DNA of 64,000 bases from an uncultured virus (IMG/VR IMGVR_UViG_3300028592_000009) (IMGVR_UViG_3300028592_000009); one strand, 5' to 3'. Shown: positions 1-10,275, counted from the first letter of the stretch. Program-made: numbers and translations. The notes: generated by a model from the sequence alone, not told the origin.

Positions 1-106
1 GAGGAGGGGTTTGGGAGTTGGAGTGCGGTGAAGGGGTGGGTTGGGGCGATGTGGAATGGAGGTTAAAAGCGCGGTGGGGTAGAATTGTGGAAGCGCGCTT
101 TAATCA

Positions 107-631
107 ATGGCGCATATGGATTGGAGCAAGTGGATGGTTGCCAAGCCGACGGGGCGGGGCGGCGGCAGGAGGTACGACCTCTCGCCGACAACCAAGACGA
201 TCGTTGCTGAGCGTGGAGCTCGGCTGAGGGTCATGGGCAACAACTGGAGGGAGACCACCGAGCAGTTGAGGGTGGAGTTCCCCGAGGTGGACATCGCCGA
301 GACCACCGTGATCGCGTGGGTCAATGCCCACATCAAGCCCGCTGCCGAGCAGACCGTGGAGGATTACAGGCAGCAGCAGCTCGCCGAGATCGAGTTCGCC
401 AAGAAGGCGATCATGAAGCGGGTGGAGAAGGGCGACGACAAGGCGCTGGCTTCTCTCGACAGGCTCATGGCTCGACAGGCCAAGCTGCTCGGCATGGATG
501 CACCCGTGTCGGTGCAGATCGAAGCCAAGGTCGTCAATGACGAGCTCGAGGTTCAGAGGATGCTTTCCGCGATGGACGCCACGGGACAGATCATCAAGGG
601 CGAGGTTGTGCAGCGAGAGCTTGAGGGATAA
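107..631 (+). CDS. probable terminase small subunit / HTH protein
   Basis: Helical 174-aa protein with the 'RQAKLLGMDAP' motif typical of actinophage small terminases; upstream of the large terminase. Confidence 0.6.
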   Translation: MAHMDWSKWMVAKPTGRGGGRRYDLSPTTKTIVAERGARLRVMGNNWRETTEQLRVEFPEVDIAETTVIAWVNAHIKPAAEQTVEDYRQQQLAEIEFAKKAIMKRVEKGDDKALASLDRLMARQAKLLGMDAPVSVQIEAKVVNDELEVQRMLSAMDATGQIIKGEVVQRELEG

Positions 632-821
632 GACCGGTTCGCCCGATTCGTTCACGCGAAGCCGTAGGTGGGCGCGTAACAAGATCGTTTAGGTGGGGTG
701 GGCCCGGGGCCCGGAGACGGGGCGCGGGCTCGGCTATGACCCCAAAGAATCGGTTTACGGGGCTGTTTCGGGGCGTGGGTCGGGTCGGGGTTCGGACGGG
801 GCGCAGCGAGAGGGGTTGAGA

Positions 822-1175
822 ATGGCGGATGTGGACAGAGGCGAGTGTGTCCGGTGCTACCGCCACGTATGCCTCAAGTGTGGATGGTACAAGGTGGCGC
901 TTCGTGGGGAAGGGGCGATGCCGTGCTTCAGATGTGAGAGCCTTGAGGCTGTGGTGGCTCGGGTTACATCACATCGGTCGGGGAAGTGTCCGGCCAAGCC
1001 GACGCCACGGAGAGAGCGATGCATGTTCTGTGAACACGAGATGGACACGCAGTACATGACTGAGGTGGAAGGGGAGGGGTGGGAGTGCAATGGACAATAC
1101 CGATGCTTCAAGCGACAGGTCGAGCTCGGTACGATCGAGGCACTCGGGGACGATCCCGAGCTTGATGCCGCCTGA
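822..1175 (+). CDS. Cys-rich (zinc-ribbon) hypothetical protein
   Basis: ATG after GAGAGGGG; several CxxC pairs. Confidence 0.6.
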   Translation: MADVDRGECVRCYRHVCLKCGWYKVALRGEGAMPCFRCESLEAVVARVTSHRSGKCPAKPTPRRERCMFCEHEMDTQYMTEVEGEGWECNGQYRCFKRQVELGTIEALGDDPELDAA

Positions 1176-1280
1176 GTGGTGCGCAGCATGGGACGAGTAC
1201 TTCGATGCACATCCCGAGATTGCGGCGTCGTGGAATCACCAGAATGGCCACTGGCCTCCGGGCCACGGAGAGGAGAGCGC

Positions 1281-1502
1281 GTGATCAAGTGTGGATACTG
1301 CGCCATATTCAAGTGTGGTGCCTGCGAGCATGAGACAAGGCGTCGGATCGACGCCACGCCGTTCTGTAACAAGTGCGGCTTCTCGCTGATGCACAAGCAC
1401 CCCGGATTCCACAGGGCCAAGGAGGGATGTCGGTACAACCGGCCTGCTCGGCCACGTAAGAAGGACAGGACGCCGGGTGTGGACTGGAGGCGGAAGAAGT
1501 GA
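1281..1502 (+). CDS. small zinc-ribbon hypothetical protein
   Basis: GTG after GAGGAG; three CxxC pairs. Confidence 0.55.
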   Translation: MIKCGYCAIFKCGACEHETRRRIDATPFCNKCGFSLMHKHPGFHRAKEGCRYNRPARPRKKDRTPGVDWRRKK

Positions 1503-1598
1503 TTCACATGTTGGCTGAGCAGCTCGCTCGTGTGCGGGCCCGTATCCTCGAAAGGGCCAAGGGGCTGGTGCCCCTCGGGTTCAGAAGGGAGGTCGAGT

Positions 1599-1754
1599 AT
1601 GCCCGTCGAGAGGGTGTACAAGCAGGGGAAGCCGATCGGCTGGAGGTGGGGCAAGACCGGCAAGGTGTACCCCACGCAGAAGCAGGCGCAGGATCAGGGG
1701 CGCGCGATCGAGGCTCAGACGTACCGGCCCAAGTGGCCGAAGAGCTGGGGCTGA
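1599..1754 (+). CDS. small phage hypothetical protein (MPVERV...WRWGKTGKVY)
   Basis: GGAGG RBS; resembles a small basic protein seen near phage terminase genes. Confidence 0.55.
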   Translation: MPVERVYKQGKPIGWRWGKTGKVYPTQKQAQDQGRAIEAQTYRPKWPKSWG

Positions 1755-1911
1755 GCCGGGAGCTCGCACGAGGCGGGGTCTACACGGGCCAGCTGTTCCA
1801 CGGCGACGAGCCCCGCCTCTGTGAGGGGTGCTGGCGAGGCGAGCACTGGATGACCGGCGAAGTCTGGTGTGTGTGCTGCGCCGACGAGCATCGGATGGCG
1901 AGGGGCATACG

Positions 1912-2286
1912 ATGACGTGCACCTCGTGTTGGTTCGACAGTCATGGTGGGTGCGTGGTTGGCTGCGCAACCTGCCACGGAGAAGGGGAAGTTGTGGAGCT
2001 GTTCAAGCCTGAGATGAGCGAGACGGCCGAGTGGTGGAACGGGCGCAGGGGCGAGATGTGCACTTGGCTCCGCCTGAACGACATCGAGCCGCGCCTGGTC
2101 TCGATCAACGCGCCCCTGTACATCGAGGACGGCCACATCTGCTTCCTGGGGTATGTGTCCGACGAGGAGCAGCCCAGCCAGCGCATCTGGCACGGGTCGG
2201 ACGGGCCGCTCATGGAGGACAAGCGAATCCCGATCAAGGTCGAGTGGCCGGGCTGGAACGACGAGAAGGAGAACACCGATGGCTGA
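1912..2286 (+). CDS. hypothetical protein
   Basis: GC3-biased ORF, N-terminal CxxC, coupled to next gene. Confidence 0.55.
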   Translation: MTCTSCWFDSHGGCVVGCATCHGEGEVVELFKPEMSETAEWWNGRRGEMCTWLRLNDIEPRLVSINAPLYIEDGHICFLGYVSDEEQPSQRIWHGSDGPLMEDKRIPIKVEWPGWNDEKENTDG

Positions 2287-2605
2287 GCTGTCCGTAACCG
2301 TGGGCGTCCGACTGGAGCCCGACAAGGAGACGGCCGCATGGCTGGTCTCGCTGGGCTGGACGCCTCCTCAGGAGGAGGGCGACGAGTCGGATGAGCCCTG
2401 TGTCTGCCCCGAGCCGCGTGTGGCCCTGACGGGTGCTGAGGCGTGCCGAGAGGCGGAGGCGGCAGAGGCCAAGCGGATGCGCAGCCAGAGTCTGTACTAC
2501 AGCGTGGCGCGCAAGGCGGGGTTCGAGGCGCTGGACTCGCTCCTGGAGTCCCTGGGTGTGGACCTGTTCTGGCTCAAGCGACCGGGCGCGGACAGTGTCA
2601 TCTGA
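2279..2605 (+). CDS. hypothetical protein
   Basis: AAGGAG RBS, overlaps upstream stop. Confidence 0.6.
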   Translation: MAELSVTVGVRLEPDKETAAWLVSLGWTPPQEEGDESDEPCVCPEPRVALTGAEACREAEAAEAKRMRSQSLYYSVARKAGFEALDSLLESLGVDLFWLKRPGADSVI

Positions 2606-2879
2606 GCCTGTCGGCAGAGAGGCCGAACTCAAGGCTGCCGACGAGGAACTGGCCAAGGCCATCGAGAAGCACGCCAGGATCACCGGCCTGGAGGGCGTGA
2701 TGACCGAGTGGGTCGTGGTCGTGGGCTCCCAGGGATACGACGACGACAGCCACTTCAGCCAGGTGGGCACGTTCACACCCGACGCCATGCCCTACTACCG
2801 AGTCATGGGGCTGCTGGACTACGCGCTGACCAGGTGTCGAAGCAAGATCGGAAAGTGGATCAACGATGCAGACGATTGA
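2595..2879 (+). CDS. hypothetical protein
   Basis: GC3-biased ORF overlapping terminase start; start uncertain. Confidence 0.55.
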   Translation: MSSEPVGREAELKAADEELAKAIEKHARITGLEGVMTEWVVVVGSQGYDDDSHFSQVGTFTPDAMPYYRVMGLLDYALTRCRSKIGKWINDADD

Positions 2880-4449
2880 GGGCTACCTGCAGGAGGTGGC
2901 CGACACGTACACCGAGGGCCACCTCCCTAAGATGCACTCGCTACTGGGAACAGAGAGCGGGCGTCGGTACCTGACCAAGGACGAGCCTCTCCTGTTCGCC
3001 CTGACGTACCTGTCCAACTCTCTGAAGATGCCCGCCCCCATCGAGGATGCAGAGGGGGCGGGCTCCGAAGAGGGCGTCATCTCGATGTGCGAGTTCCACT
3101 GGGACCTCTGCGAGAAGGCGCGCGAGTGGAGCGAGAAGCCCGCTGGTCAGTTCGGCCCGGCTGAGGCCCGCGACGCGTTCCTCGCTCCGCGTGACGCGGG
3201 CAAGTCCACATGGCTGTTCAAGATCCTGCCTCTGTGGGCGGCTGCACACAAGCACGTCAAGTTCGTCGCGGCCTTCGCCGACTCGGGGCCCCAGGCCAAG
3301 AAGCATCTGTCCTCGTTCAAGCGAGAGTTGGAGAAGAATGTGCTTCTCCAGCTGGACTACCCCGAGCTGTGCCAGCCCCTCAAGAGGCGCGGCAACGTGA
3401 CGGTGTCCGACACGCAGGAGATGTACCAGGCGCAGTCGGGGTTCGTGTTCGCCGCCACAGGAGCAGACACCTCCGTGCTCGGCATGAAGGTCGAGGACCA
3501 GCGGCCCGACCTCATCATCCTCGACGACCTGGAGCCTGACGAGGCGTCGTACTCGGACTACCAGGCGAACCAGCGACTGGGCACCCTGACCGACGCCATC
3601 CTGCCGCTCAACATCCGGGCGCGCGTTGTCCTGTCGGGCACCGTGACCATGCCCGGCTCCATCACGCACCAGCTTGTCAAGACCAAGCTCAACCCCGAGG
3701 AGGAGGTGGCTGAGTGGATCATCAACGAGAAGTTCAAGGTACACCACTACAAGCCGATCCTCACGAACGACGACGGGACCGAGCGGAGCCTGTGGCCTGA
3801 GAAGTGGCCCATGTCCTGGCTCAACACGGTGCGCCACACACGGTCGTTCGCCAAGAACTACAACAACGATCCTCTGGCGATGGACGGCCAGTACTGGACG
3901 CGCGACGACTTCACCTATGGGTCGCTGCCCTGCGTGAAGACGGTCCTGTCGGTGGACGGCGCGGTGACCAAGAAGAAGAAGTCCGACTTCACCGCGATGG
4001 CCGTCGTTGGCGCCACGGGACACCAGCCTGGAGACCCCAACAGGAAGTGCGAGGTCAAGTTCGCTGCGGCCTACAAGCTGACCGGGGCGGACCTGCGGAA
4101 CAAGGCTCTGGATATCCTTCAGATGTACCCCGAGATCAGCCTGATTCTCGTGGAGGGTAACCAGGGCGGCGAGCTCTGGCGCGAGGTGTTCCACAACATG
4201 CCTGTGCGCATCGTCATCTTCAACAACAGCGAGCCCAAGGAGGTTCGGGCCGGTCGGGTTCATGCTTTGTATCAGCGTGTGCCTACGCGGGTTGTGCATA
4301 CGCAGCGCCTTCAGCAGGCCGAAGAGCAGATGATCGGCTTTCCGAAATTGCCCCATGACGACATTGTGGACGCTATCGGCTCGCCCATCCTCAAGTTCCT
4401 GAAGCCGGTTCAGCGGCAGTCTCGCGGAGGACGCTCGCTGTCCTATTGA
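2866..4449 (+). CDS. terL: terminase large subunit
   Basis: Walker A-like APRDAGKST, Walker B DLIILDDLE, C-terminal nuclease with SVDGA and HDDIVDA. Confidence 0.93.
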   Translation: MQTIEGYLQEVADTYTEGHLPKMHSLLGTESGRRYLTKDEPLLFALTYLSNSLKMPAPIEDAEGAGSEEGVISMCEFHWDLCEKAREWSEKPAGQFGPAEARDAFLAPRDAGKSTWLFKILPLWAAAHKHVKFVAAFADSGPQAKKHLSSFKRELEKNVLLQLDYPELCQPLKRRGNVTVSDTQEMYQAQSGFVFAATGADTSVLGMKVEDQRPDLIILDDLEPDEASYSDYQANQRLGTLTDAILPLNIRARVVLSGTVTMPGSITHQLVKTKLNPEEEVAEWIINEKFKVHHYKPILTNDDGTERSLWPEKWPMSWLNTVRHTRSFAKNYNNDPLAMDGQYWTRDDFTYGSLPCVKTVLSVDGAVTKKKKSDFTAMAVVGATGHQPGDPNRKCEVKFAAAYKLTGADLRNKALDILQMYPEISLILVEGNQGGELWREVFHNMPVRIVIFNNSEPKEVRAGRVHALYQRVPTRVVHTQRLQQAEEQMIGFPKLPHDDIVDAIGSPILKFLKPVQRQSRGGRSLSY

Positions 4450-4511
4450 GGTAGGATTCATGGCGCAGCCATGGGGCTGAGAATGCCTATCCAATTGAGA
4501 GCCGAGGGAGT

Positions 4512-6080
4512 ATGCCGAACACCGCGCTTCTGCGCAAGAGCCTGAAGGCGCTGGACGCGGCCCGTCCGGCGTACGTCAAGGCGCACAAGTTCTACGAGGG
4601 CACGTTCGCTGAGCCGTTCGCCTCGCTGCTTATGCAGCGTGTGCTGATGCACCAGCAGCCCGACTACAAGATGGTCCTGTCGGCGGTGCCCGTCGATGCG
4701 GTCGTCGAGAAGCTGGAGATCGTCGACGTCCGGACCTCGGACCCGGACGCGACGACCTTCCTGCAGGACAACGTCTGGAACGCCAACAACATGGACCTCG
4801 AGCACCTCGTGGCGATCCTCGCCGCTGAGAAGTTCGGGGACGCGTACCTGTTCATGTGGCCTGAGACTGCACAGGCGGAGGTCTACGACCAGGAGTCCTC
4901 CACCGGCGGCGAGGACATCGACGAGGAGATGGCCGAGGAAGAGGGCGATGTTGAGGAAGGCGACGAGGTCATGACCATGACCTACCAGTCGCCCCTCAAG
5001 GTGCGCGTCTTCTACGACGAGGCCAACCCGCGCGTCATGACCCACGCCGTCAAGCGGCTCAAGACCGGCAAGGGCGAGCAGGAGTGCGCCTGGCTCTACT
5101 ACGCCGACGGCCGGATCGAGAAGTACGAGACGCCGGAGAAGACCAGCGGCATCGACACCTTCCGGTTTGTCGAGGAGATCGACAACCCGCTGGACGAGAT
5201 CCCGTTCGTCCACCTGCGCAACGGCTTCCCCTACGGAACGCCGCTCCACAAGAAGGCGTACGGCCCGCAGAACGCTCTGACCAAGCTGGTCGTCAACCAG
5301 CTGAGCGGCTCGGACTTCGACGCCTTCCCGCAGCGCTGGGCTCTGGCCAAGACCCGGGGCACGACGGGCGGCGACGACATCGAGTGGGCTGGCGACGACG
5401 GCACCGTTCCGGACAAGGACGAGGGCTCTGTCTCCAAGCTGACCTCGGGACCGGGCCGCATCTGGGACCTGACCGGCTTCGACTCGGTCGGCCAGTTCAG
5501 CACGGGCGACGTGGGGCAGTTCCTCCAGCCGATCGAGAAGTACATCGAGATGATGGCCGTGGCCACGGGTACCCCGGCCTACTACTTCAGTGCGGAGTCG
5601 GTTGGAGGCGGCACCCCTTCGGGCGAGGCTGTCCGCCAGCGTGACGCGCGCCTCAACACCAAGACCGAGCGCCACCAGAAGATCCTGGACAACGGGTTCG
5701 AGCGAGCGCTGCAGATGTCGCTCAACTACTTCGGTTGGGAGGACGTCTCGGTCAACATCAAGTGGAAGCCGATCGAGTACGTCACCGAGCAGGAGAAGCT
5801 GGAGCTCGTCAAGCAGAAGACCGACCTGGGCATCCCGCTCGCCGTCGCTCTGACGGAAGCCGGGTACGACGAGGACACGGTCCGCAACTGGACGACCGGC
5901 CAGCCCACGGAGTCCGAGCTGGAGCGCCGCGTCAACATCCTCAACGGGATGGCCGACGTCCTCCAGAAGCTGGGCACCGCCGCCACCCTCGGCATCGACC
6001 TGACGGACGTCAACGAGATCGTCAAGCAGATGCTGTCCGGCATCTCCGGCCTCGACGAGGAGAAGGAGGAAGAGGCATGA
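4512..6080 (+). CDS. portal protein (SPP1 gp6-like)
   Basis: 522 aa after terL; FYEG, IPFVHL, 'AFPQRW', 'PSGEA' motifs. Confidence 0.88.
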   Translation: MPNTALLRKSLKALDAARPAYVKAHKFYEGTFAEPFASLLMQRVLMHQQPDYKMVLSAVPVDAVVEKLEIVDVRTSDPDATTFLQDNVWNANNMDLEHLVAILAAEKFGDAYLFMWPETAQAEVYDQESSTGGEDIDEEMAEEEGDVEEGDEVMTMTYQSPLKVRVFYDEANPRVMTHAVKRLKTGKGEQECAWLYYADGRIEKYETPEKTSGIDTFRFVEEIDNPLDEIPFVHLRNGFPYGTPLHKKAYGPQNALTKLVVNQLSGSDFDAFPQRWALAKTRGTTGGDDIEWAGDDGTVPDKDEGSVSKLTSGPGRIWDLTGFDSVGQFSTGDVGQFLQPIEKYIEMMAVATGTPAYYFSAESVGGGTPSGEAVRQRDARLNTKTERHQKILDNGFERALQMSLNYFGWEDVSVNIKWKPIEYVTEQEKLELVKQKTDLGIPLAVALTEAGYDEDTVRNWTTGQPTESELERRVNILNGMADVLQKLGTAATLGIDLTDVNEIVKQMLSGISGLDEEKEEEA

Positions 6081-6298
6081 CCGAGGAGCTGCTCAAGAAG
6101 GCTGCCAGAGAGATGGACAGCCTTGGCCGAATTCACTGGAGCGTCTTCCTGAACAAGGAGCGAGAGCTCCTGATCTCGACCGGATGGTTCAAGTCCGGAA
6201 GGCTCGATGGCGAGGATGGCATCGAGCGGAAGGTCTTCTGGCGAGGATCGCGCGAGACGATGGACGCCTTCAAGGCTGAGTACGGATCGGAGGTCTAG
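6077..6298 (+). CDS. hypothetical protein
   Basis: ATGA overlap with portal stop, RBS present. Confidence 0.55.
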   Translation: MTEELLKKAAREMDSLGRIHWSVFLNKERELLISTGWFKSGRLDGEDGIERKVFWRGSRETMDAFKAEYGSEV

Positions 6299-6301
6299 CA
6301 G

Positions 6302-7360
6302 ATGGCGAAGGTCGATGTCGACGAGCTGCTCTCGCTCGTCCAGGGCAAGCAGATCGAGGCGTTGACCACGATCGAGAACGGGGCCGTGCGAGCCGCAACG
6401 CTCGCCGGATTCACGGAGATCGACGACGCCGTCAAGGCTGCGACGACCGGTTGGGTGCAGGCGTTCGGGTCCGCCTCTGCGGAGGGAGAGGCGGGCTCGG
6501 CGCTCAACGCGCTGCTGAGGGCTGCACAGGGCTCGGTCGTCCGAGGACTCGCAGGCCTGCACGAGGGCGCGGTCAAGGCGATGGATGGCGCGATGGACGA
6601 GGCCATGAAGCTCGCCCTGGGCCAGACCGCTACGCTGGTCGAGGGAGCCTCCGGGGCGGACGCCCCAAAGGTTCCCCCTCCCGACCCGCCGGAGGCTGCT
6701 ACGGACGACGCTAAGGCCCTCCGTGGGGCCATCGACGACGCGCGCAAGGCGGCTACCAAGCAGCTGAGCCCGACGGCCGTCCTTCGACTGGGGCTGCGAG
6801 GCCTGCTCGCACCACTGGCCACGGTACGCAGGGTGTTGGACTCTGCCAAGCGGATGATCTCCACCAACGTGAACCGGGCTGTGGACAATGTTCAGCAGGC
6901 GGCTGCAGAGGCGCTCCCGGACAAGGGCGGTCCGAAGCTGGAAGTCTGGATCATCAACAGGGATGCCTGTGTGCGGTGCGCTGCATATGCGGGCGAGATA
7001 GTCGCGAGTGGAGAGAAGTTCCCCGGCGGATTGTCGTGGGATCCCAAGTCAAGGGAGAAGAACGCGCCTGCAGTTCGACCCCCTCTCCATCCCAACTGCC
7101 GTTGCCGACTCGTTCCCTGGAAGGAATCCTGGAAGGAACCCGGCAAGGTATCCTTGCCCGAGGCAGCACGTCGAGAAGCCGAGAGGTCGATCGCGAGAGG
7201 GTTCTCGCTTCCGTCCGAAAGCAACGCATCTCGAGTTCGGGCTCTCAAGGAATTGCTTAAGACGGATCCCAAGCTGCCGAAGACTGTTCTGGCCAATGCC
7301 CGCAAGGCGGCGGCCAAGGGGGAATTCCCCAAGGGTCGGAGCGTTCCGACCGGCGAATGA
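6302..7360 (+). CDS. MuF-like head morphogenesis / minor capsid protein
   Basis: DACVRC and PPLHPNCRCRL motifs; follows portal. Confidence 0.8.
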   Translation: MAKVDVDELLSLVQGKQIEALTTIENGAVRAATLAGFTEIDDAVKAATTGWVQAFGSASAEGEAGSALNALLRAAQGSVVRGLAGLHEGAVKAMDGAMDEAMKLALGQTATLVEGASGADAPKVPPPDPPEAATDDAKALRGAIDDARKAATKQLSPTAVLRLGLRGLLAPLATVRRVLDSAKRMISTNVNRAVDNVQQAAAEALPDKGGPKLEVWIINRDACVRCAAYAGEIVASGEKFPGGLSWDPKSREKNAPAVRPPLHPNCRCRLVPWKESWKEPGKVSLPEAARREAERSIARGFSLPSESNASRVRALKELLKTDPKLPKTVLANARKAAAKGEFPKGRSVPTGE

Positions 7361-7371
7361 GGAGAAACTGC

Positions 7372-8181
7372 ATGCGTATGAACACGGTTCGTCCTGGTAT
7401 GTCGGCGCTGGACTTCGGCGACGAGTACACCCCGGGATGGGCGCACCCCTACGCCACGGAGCCCTTCAGCCCGTTCTGGTACGCCGACGGCGGCGAGGAC
7501 GAGGACGAAGGTGAGGACGAGGACGTCGACAAGGACGGCGACTCGGACGACGGTGGTGAAGAGGACGACGAGGACGAGGGCAAGACGGCCGCCGAGCTGG
7601 CCGACGAGCTCAAGCGTCTCCGCACCGCGCACATCAAGAAGATCCGGCAGGGCAAGAACCGGTCCGTCCGCATCCAGGAGCTCGAGACCGCCAACGCCAC
7701 CTACGACCAGAAGATCGCCGAGCTGGAGACCGCCCTTCAGACCCTGAAGGAAGAGTCCGGCAAGACGAGCCAGACGGACGAGGCGGCGCAGCGGCGGATC
7801 GCCGAGCTCATCGAGAAGGCCAAGGAGGAGGGCAAGAACTCCTTCAAGCCGACCGTCATCCGCATGGCTGCCAAGTCCGAGCTGATGGCGGTCGGCGCTC
7901 GTGCCAACGCCGTGGACCGCCTGGTCCGGATGATCGACGTCAACGACGCCGACATCGACGAGGAGACCGGCGAGATCGACGTGAGCGACCAGGTGGCCGC
8001 TCTCAAGAAGGACCTGCCCGAGCTCTTCGGCGAGCGTCGCGCCGCGCGCACCGCCAAGAAGACGTCGAGCACCAAGGCCAAGGACGCGGGTGGCGCCTCC
8101 GGCGACGACGACAAGGTCGACGACGTGGTCAAGTCCGCGACCCAGCGCGCGGCCGACCGGCTTCGCGGCATCAAGTCGTAA
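7372..8181 (+). CDS. capsid scaffolding protein
   Basis: Acidic N-terminus, coiled coil, 'LKKDLPELF' near C-terminus; upstream of capsid; start uncertain (7357-7399). Confidence 0.8.
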   Translation: MRMNTVRPGMSALDFGDEYTPGWAHPYATEPFSPFWYADGGEDEDEGEDEDVDKDGDSDDGGEEDDEDEGKTAAELADELKRLRTAHIKKIRQGKNRSVRIQELETANATYDQKIAELETALQTLKEESGKTSQTDEAAQRRIAELIEKAKEEGKNSFKPTVIRMAAKSELMAVGARANAVDRLVRMIDVNDADIDEETGEIDVSDQVAALKKDLPELFGERRAARTAKKTSSTKAKDAGGASGDDDKVDDVVKSATQRAADRLRGIKS

Positions 8182-8196
8182 CGGAGGTAACTGGAC

Positions 8197-8457
8197 ATGG
8201 CGATCGGCGAGGTTGAGGCGAAGTTCCTGGAGGACATGGCCAAGCACCATGCCGCCGGAGCCAAGCTGGCTGAGGGCTACCTCAGCAAGAGCGACACGGC
8301 CAGCCGCCCGGCGTCCGTCGTGTCCATGGCGGCCGGAATGATCTCCGATCACGCGTACCAGGTCGAGCGCTTGGAGCACATGAAGGAGTACCTGGAGAAG
8401 CCGCCGAATGCTTCCAAGGAAGCGGCGGCCCGCCTCATGGGTGGCTACGAATACTAG
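8197..8457 (+). CDS. DUF305-like small helical (HH motif) protein
   Basis: FLEDMAKHHAAGAKLAEGYL...MAAGMI...QVERLEHM resembles a DUF305 half-repeat; GGAGG RBS. Confidence 0.55.
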   Translation: MAIGEVEAKFLEDMAKHHAAGAKLAEGYLSKSDTASRPASVVSMAAGMISDHAYQVERLEHMKEYLEKPPNASKEAAARLMGGYEY

Positions 8458-8591
8458 ATTCCCCGTGCATGGGGTATCATTCCCGTAGCGTCGGTCGCTT
8501 GGCCGAGCAGAATGGCTCTGGTGGTTACCGGAAAAGGTCCACTGGGGCCATTTGCATTCCCCCTGAAAGCGAATCGAGAAGGAGCTAGAGG

Positions 8592-9668
8592 ATGTCCGAA
8601 TTCCTCACCGAGCTCGCGGCCAAGCGCGCCCAGCGTGACGCCGAGCTCTCCCTGAACAAGGTCTGGACCGAGTTCGAGCCCGGCGACATCGTCGGCTACC
8701 GCGCCGACGGCCGCGCGATCTACCACGTCGTGGGTGGCGCCGCCGACAACTTCGACGACTGGATCCCGGAGGAGACCGACTCCGCCGTCATCCAGCGGGT
8801 CAACCAGGTCTCAGCCGTCGAGAACCAGGGCCGTCACACGCCCATGTCCACGGCGACCAAGAAGGTCCCGCGCTCCAGCGGCATGGCCGTCAAGACGCTC
8901 AACAAGTCGGGCGCCTACACCTCGTCCGACGACGAGAACGACGACGTGCTGCTCACCGCGCGCAAGCACACCGGCCTCCTGACCGTCGCGGAGGAGGACC
9001 TGAACGACTCCGCCGCCGACATCATCGAGACCAAGAAGATCGACTGGGCGACGTCGTACGCGAAGTACTTCGACAACGCGTGCCTCGCGACCTCCGCCGC
9101 CGAGTCGTCCCCGACGGTCCCGTACACCTCGGTGTACTACAGCCTCACCCAGGCGCAGGCGGCCCTCGGCTACGCGGCCAACCAGAACATCGTCGGCTCC
9201 GTCGTCGCGGGCCAGGTGTCCTACGACGAGCTGTCCGACACGTTCGGCGCGTACGAGGACGGCGACTACTTCGACGAGTCGATGACCATCGTCATCGCGC
9301 ACCCGACGTTCCGCAAGCAGCTCCGCAACGTCAAGGACGACCAGGGCATGCCCATCTTCGTCCGTGGCCAGGGCGGCGACGCCGGTACGCCGGACATGCT
9401 CTTCGACACGCCGATCTTCTGGAGCAACGGCTGCCGCCTGTCGGCCACGGCTTCCGCCACCCCGGCCGGTTCGCCGATCATGGTCGTCGCCAACAAGGAG
9501 TACCTGGTCGTCGGCGACCGCTCGCAGGTCGAGACCCAGCCGATCCCGGCCGCGATCTCCACCACCGACGAGGCCAACATCAAGACCCGTGTCCGGAAGG
9601 GCTTCGCGGTGGGCCACCCCCGCGCCTTCGCGGTCCTGGTCGACGACGGCTCCGGCCTCAACAGCTGA
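8592..9668 (+). CDS. major capsid protein (HK97 fold)
   Basis: Very high GC3 bias, 'LRNVKDDQGMPIF', C-terminal 'RKGFAVGHPRAFAVL'; followed by a terminator. Confidence 0.9.
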   Translation: MSEFLTELAAKRAQRDAELSLNKVWTEFEPGDIVGYRADGRAIYHVVGGAADNFDDWIPEETDSAVIQRVNQVSAVENQGRHTPMSTATKKVPRSSGMAVKTLNKSGAYTSSDDENDDVLLTARKHTGLLTVAEEDLNDSAADIIETKKIDWATSYAKYFDNACLATSAAESSPTVPYTSVYYSLTQAQAALGYAANQNIVGSVVAGQVSYDELSDTFGAYEDGDYFDESMTIVIAHPTFRKQLRNVKDDQGMPIFVRGQGGDAGTPDMLFDTPIFWSNGCRLSATASATPAGSPIMVVANKEYLVVGDRSQVETQPIPAAISTTDEANIKTRVRKGFAVGHPRAFAVLVDDGSGLNS

Positions 9669-9702
9669 CCGAAGCCCTACGTGGGCGCCTAACGGCCTAG
9701 CG

Positions 9703-9747
9703 GCGAAGCCCCGGCCCCTTTCACCGGGGACCGGGGCTTCGTTCGTT
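9703..9747 (+). terminator. intrinsic terminator after capsid gene
   Basis: CGAAGCCCCGG...CCGGGGCTTCG hairpin followed by TTCGTT. Confidence 0.7.
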
Positions 9748-9788
9748 ACGCGGCCAGCTAGGCCCCTTTACGGCCCCGAGGAGGGCGC

Positions 9789-10274
9789 ATGGCAACCTGG
9801 GCGACGCCCGCCGAGGCGTCTACGATCACCGGCAAGACCATCTACCAGTCGGACCTGGACGCGGCTCAGTCCATGATCGACCTGTTCACCGACATCCACG
9901 TCGGAATCGCTTCCGAGCTGCAGCCTCGCACGCTGCGCATCCTGAAGCAGGCCGTGAGCTGGCAGGCTCTGTGGCAGCGCGAGCAGGGCGGCACGGGCGA
10001 CGACAACACGTTCGGCATCGACACCGTCGAGAAGGCGAGCGAGACGCTCGGCGACTACAGCTACAGCTCGGGTTCCCCGGGCTCCGGCTCTGGCGGGTCG
10101 ACCGAGGACCAGGCGATGCTCTCGCCCATCGCACAGCGATGGATCACGAAGCTCAACTGGAAGCGTTCGCGGACCATCGACCCGCTCAGCGCCACGGAGC
10201 GTGTGCTCCTGGAGGACGGCGACCTGGACGGGATGTTCCCGTGGTACCCGATCGGCCAGGACGGAAGGGGCTGA
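9789..10274 (+). CDS. head-to-tail adaptor
   Basis: 'WATPAEA', 'SETLGDYSYS'; position after capsid. Confidence 0.7.
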   Translation: MATWATPAEASTITGKTIYQSDLDAAQSMIDLFTDIHVGIASELQPRTLRILKQAVSWQALWQREQGGTGDDNTFGIDTVEKASETLGDYSYSSGSPGSGSGGSTEDQAMLSPIAQRWITKLNWKRSRTIDPLSATERVLLEDGDLDGMFPWYPIGQDGRG

Positions 10275-10275
10275 C

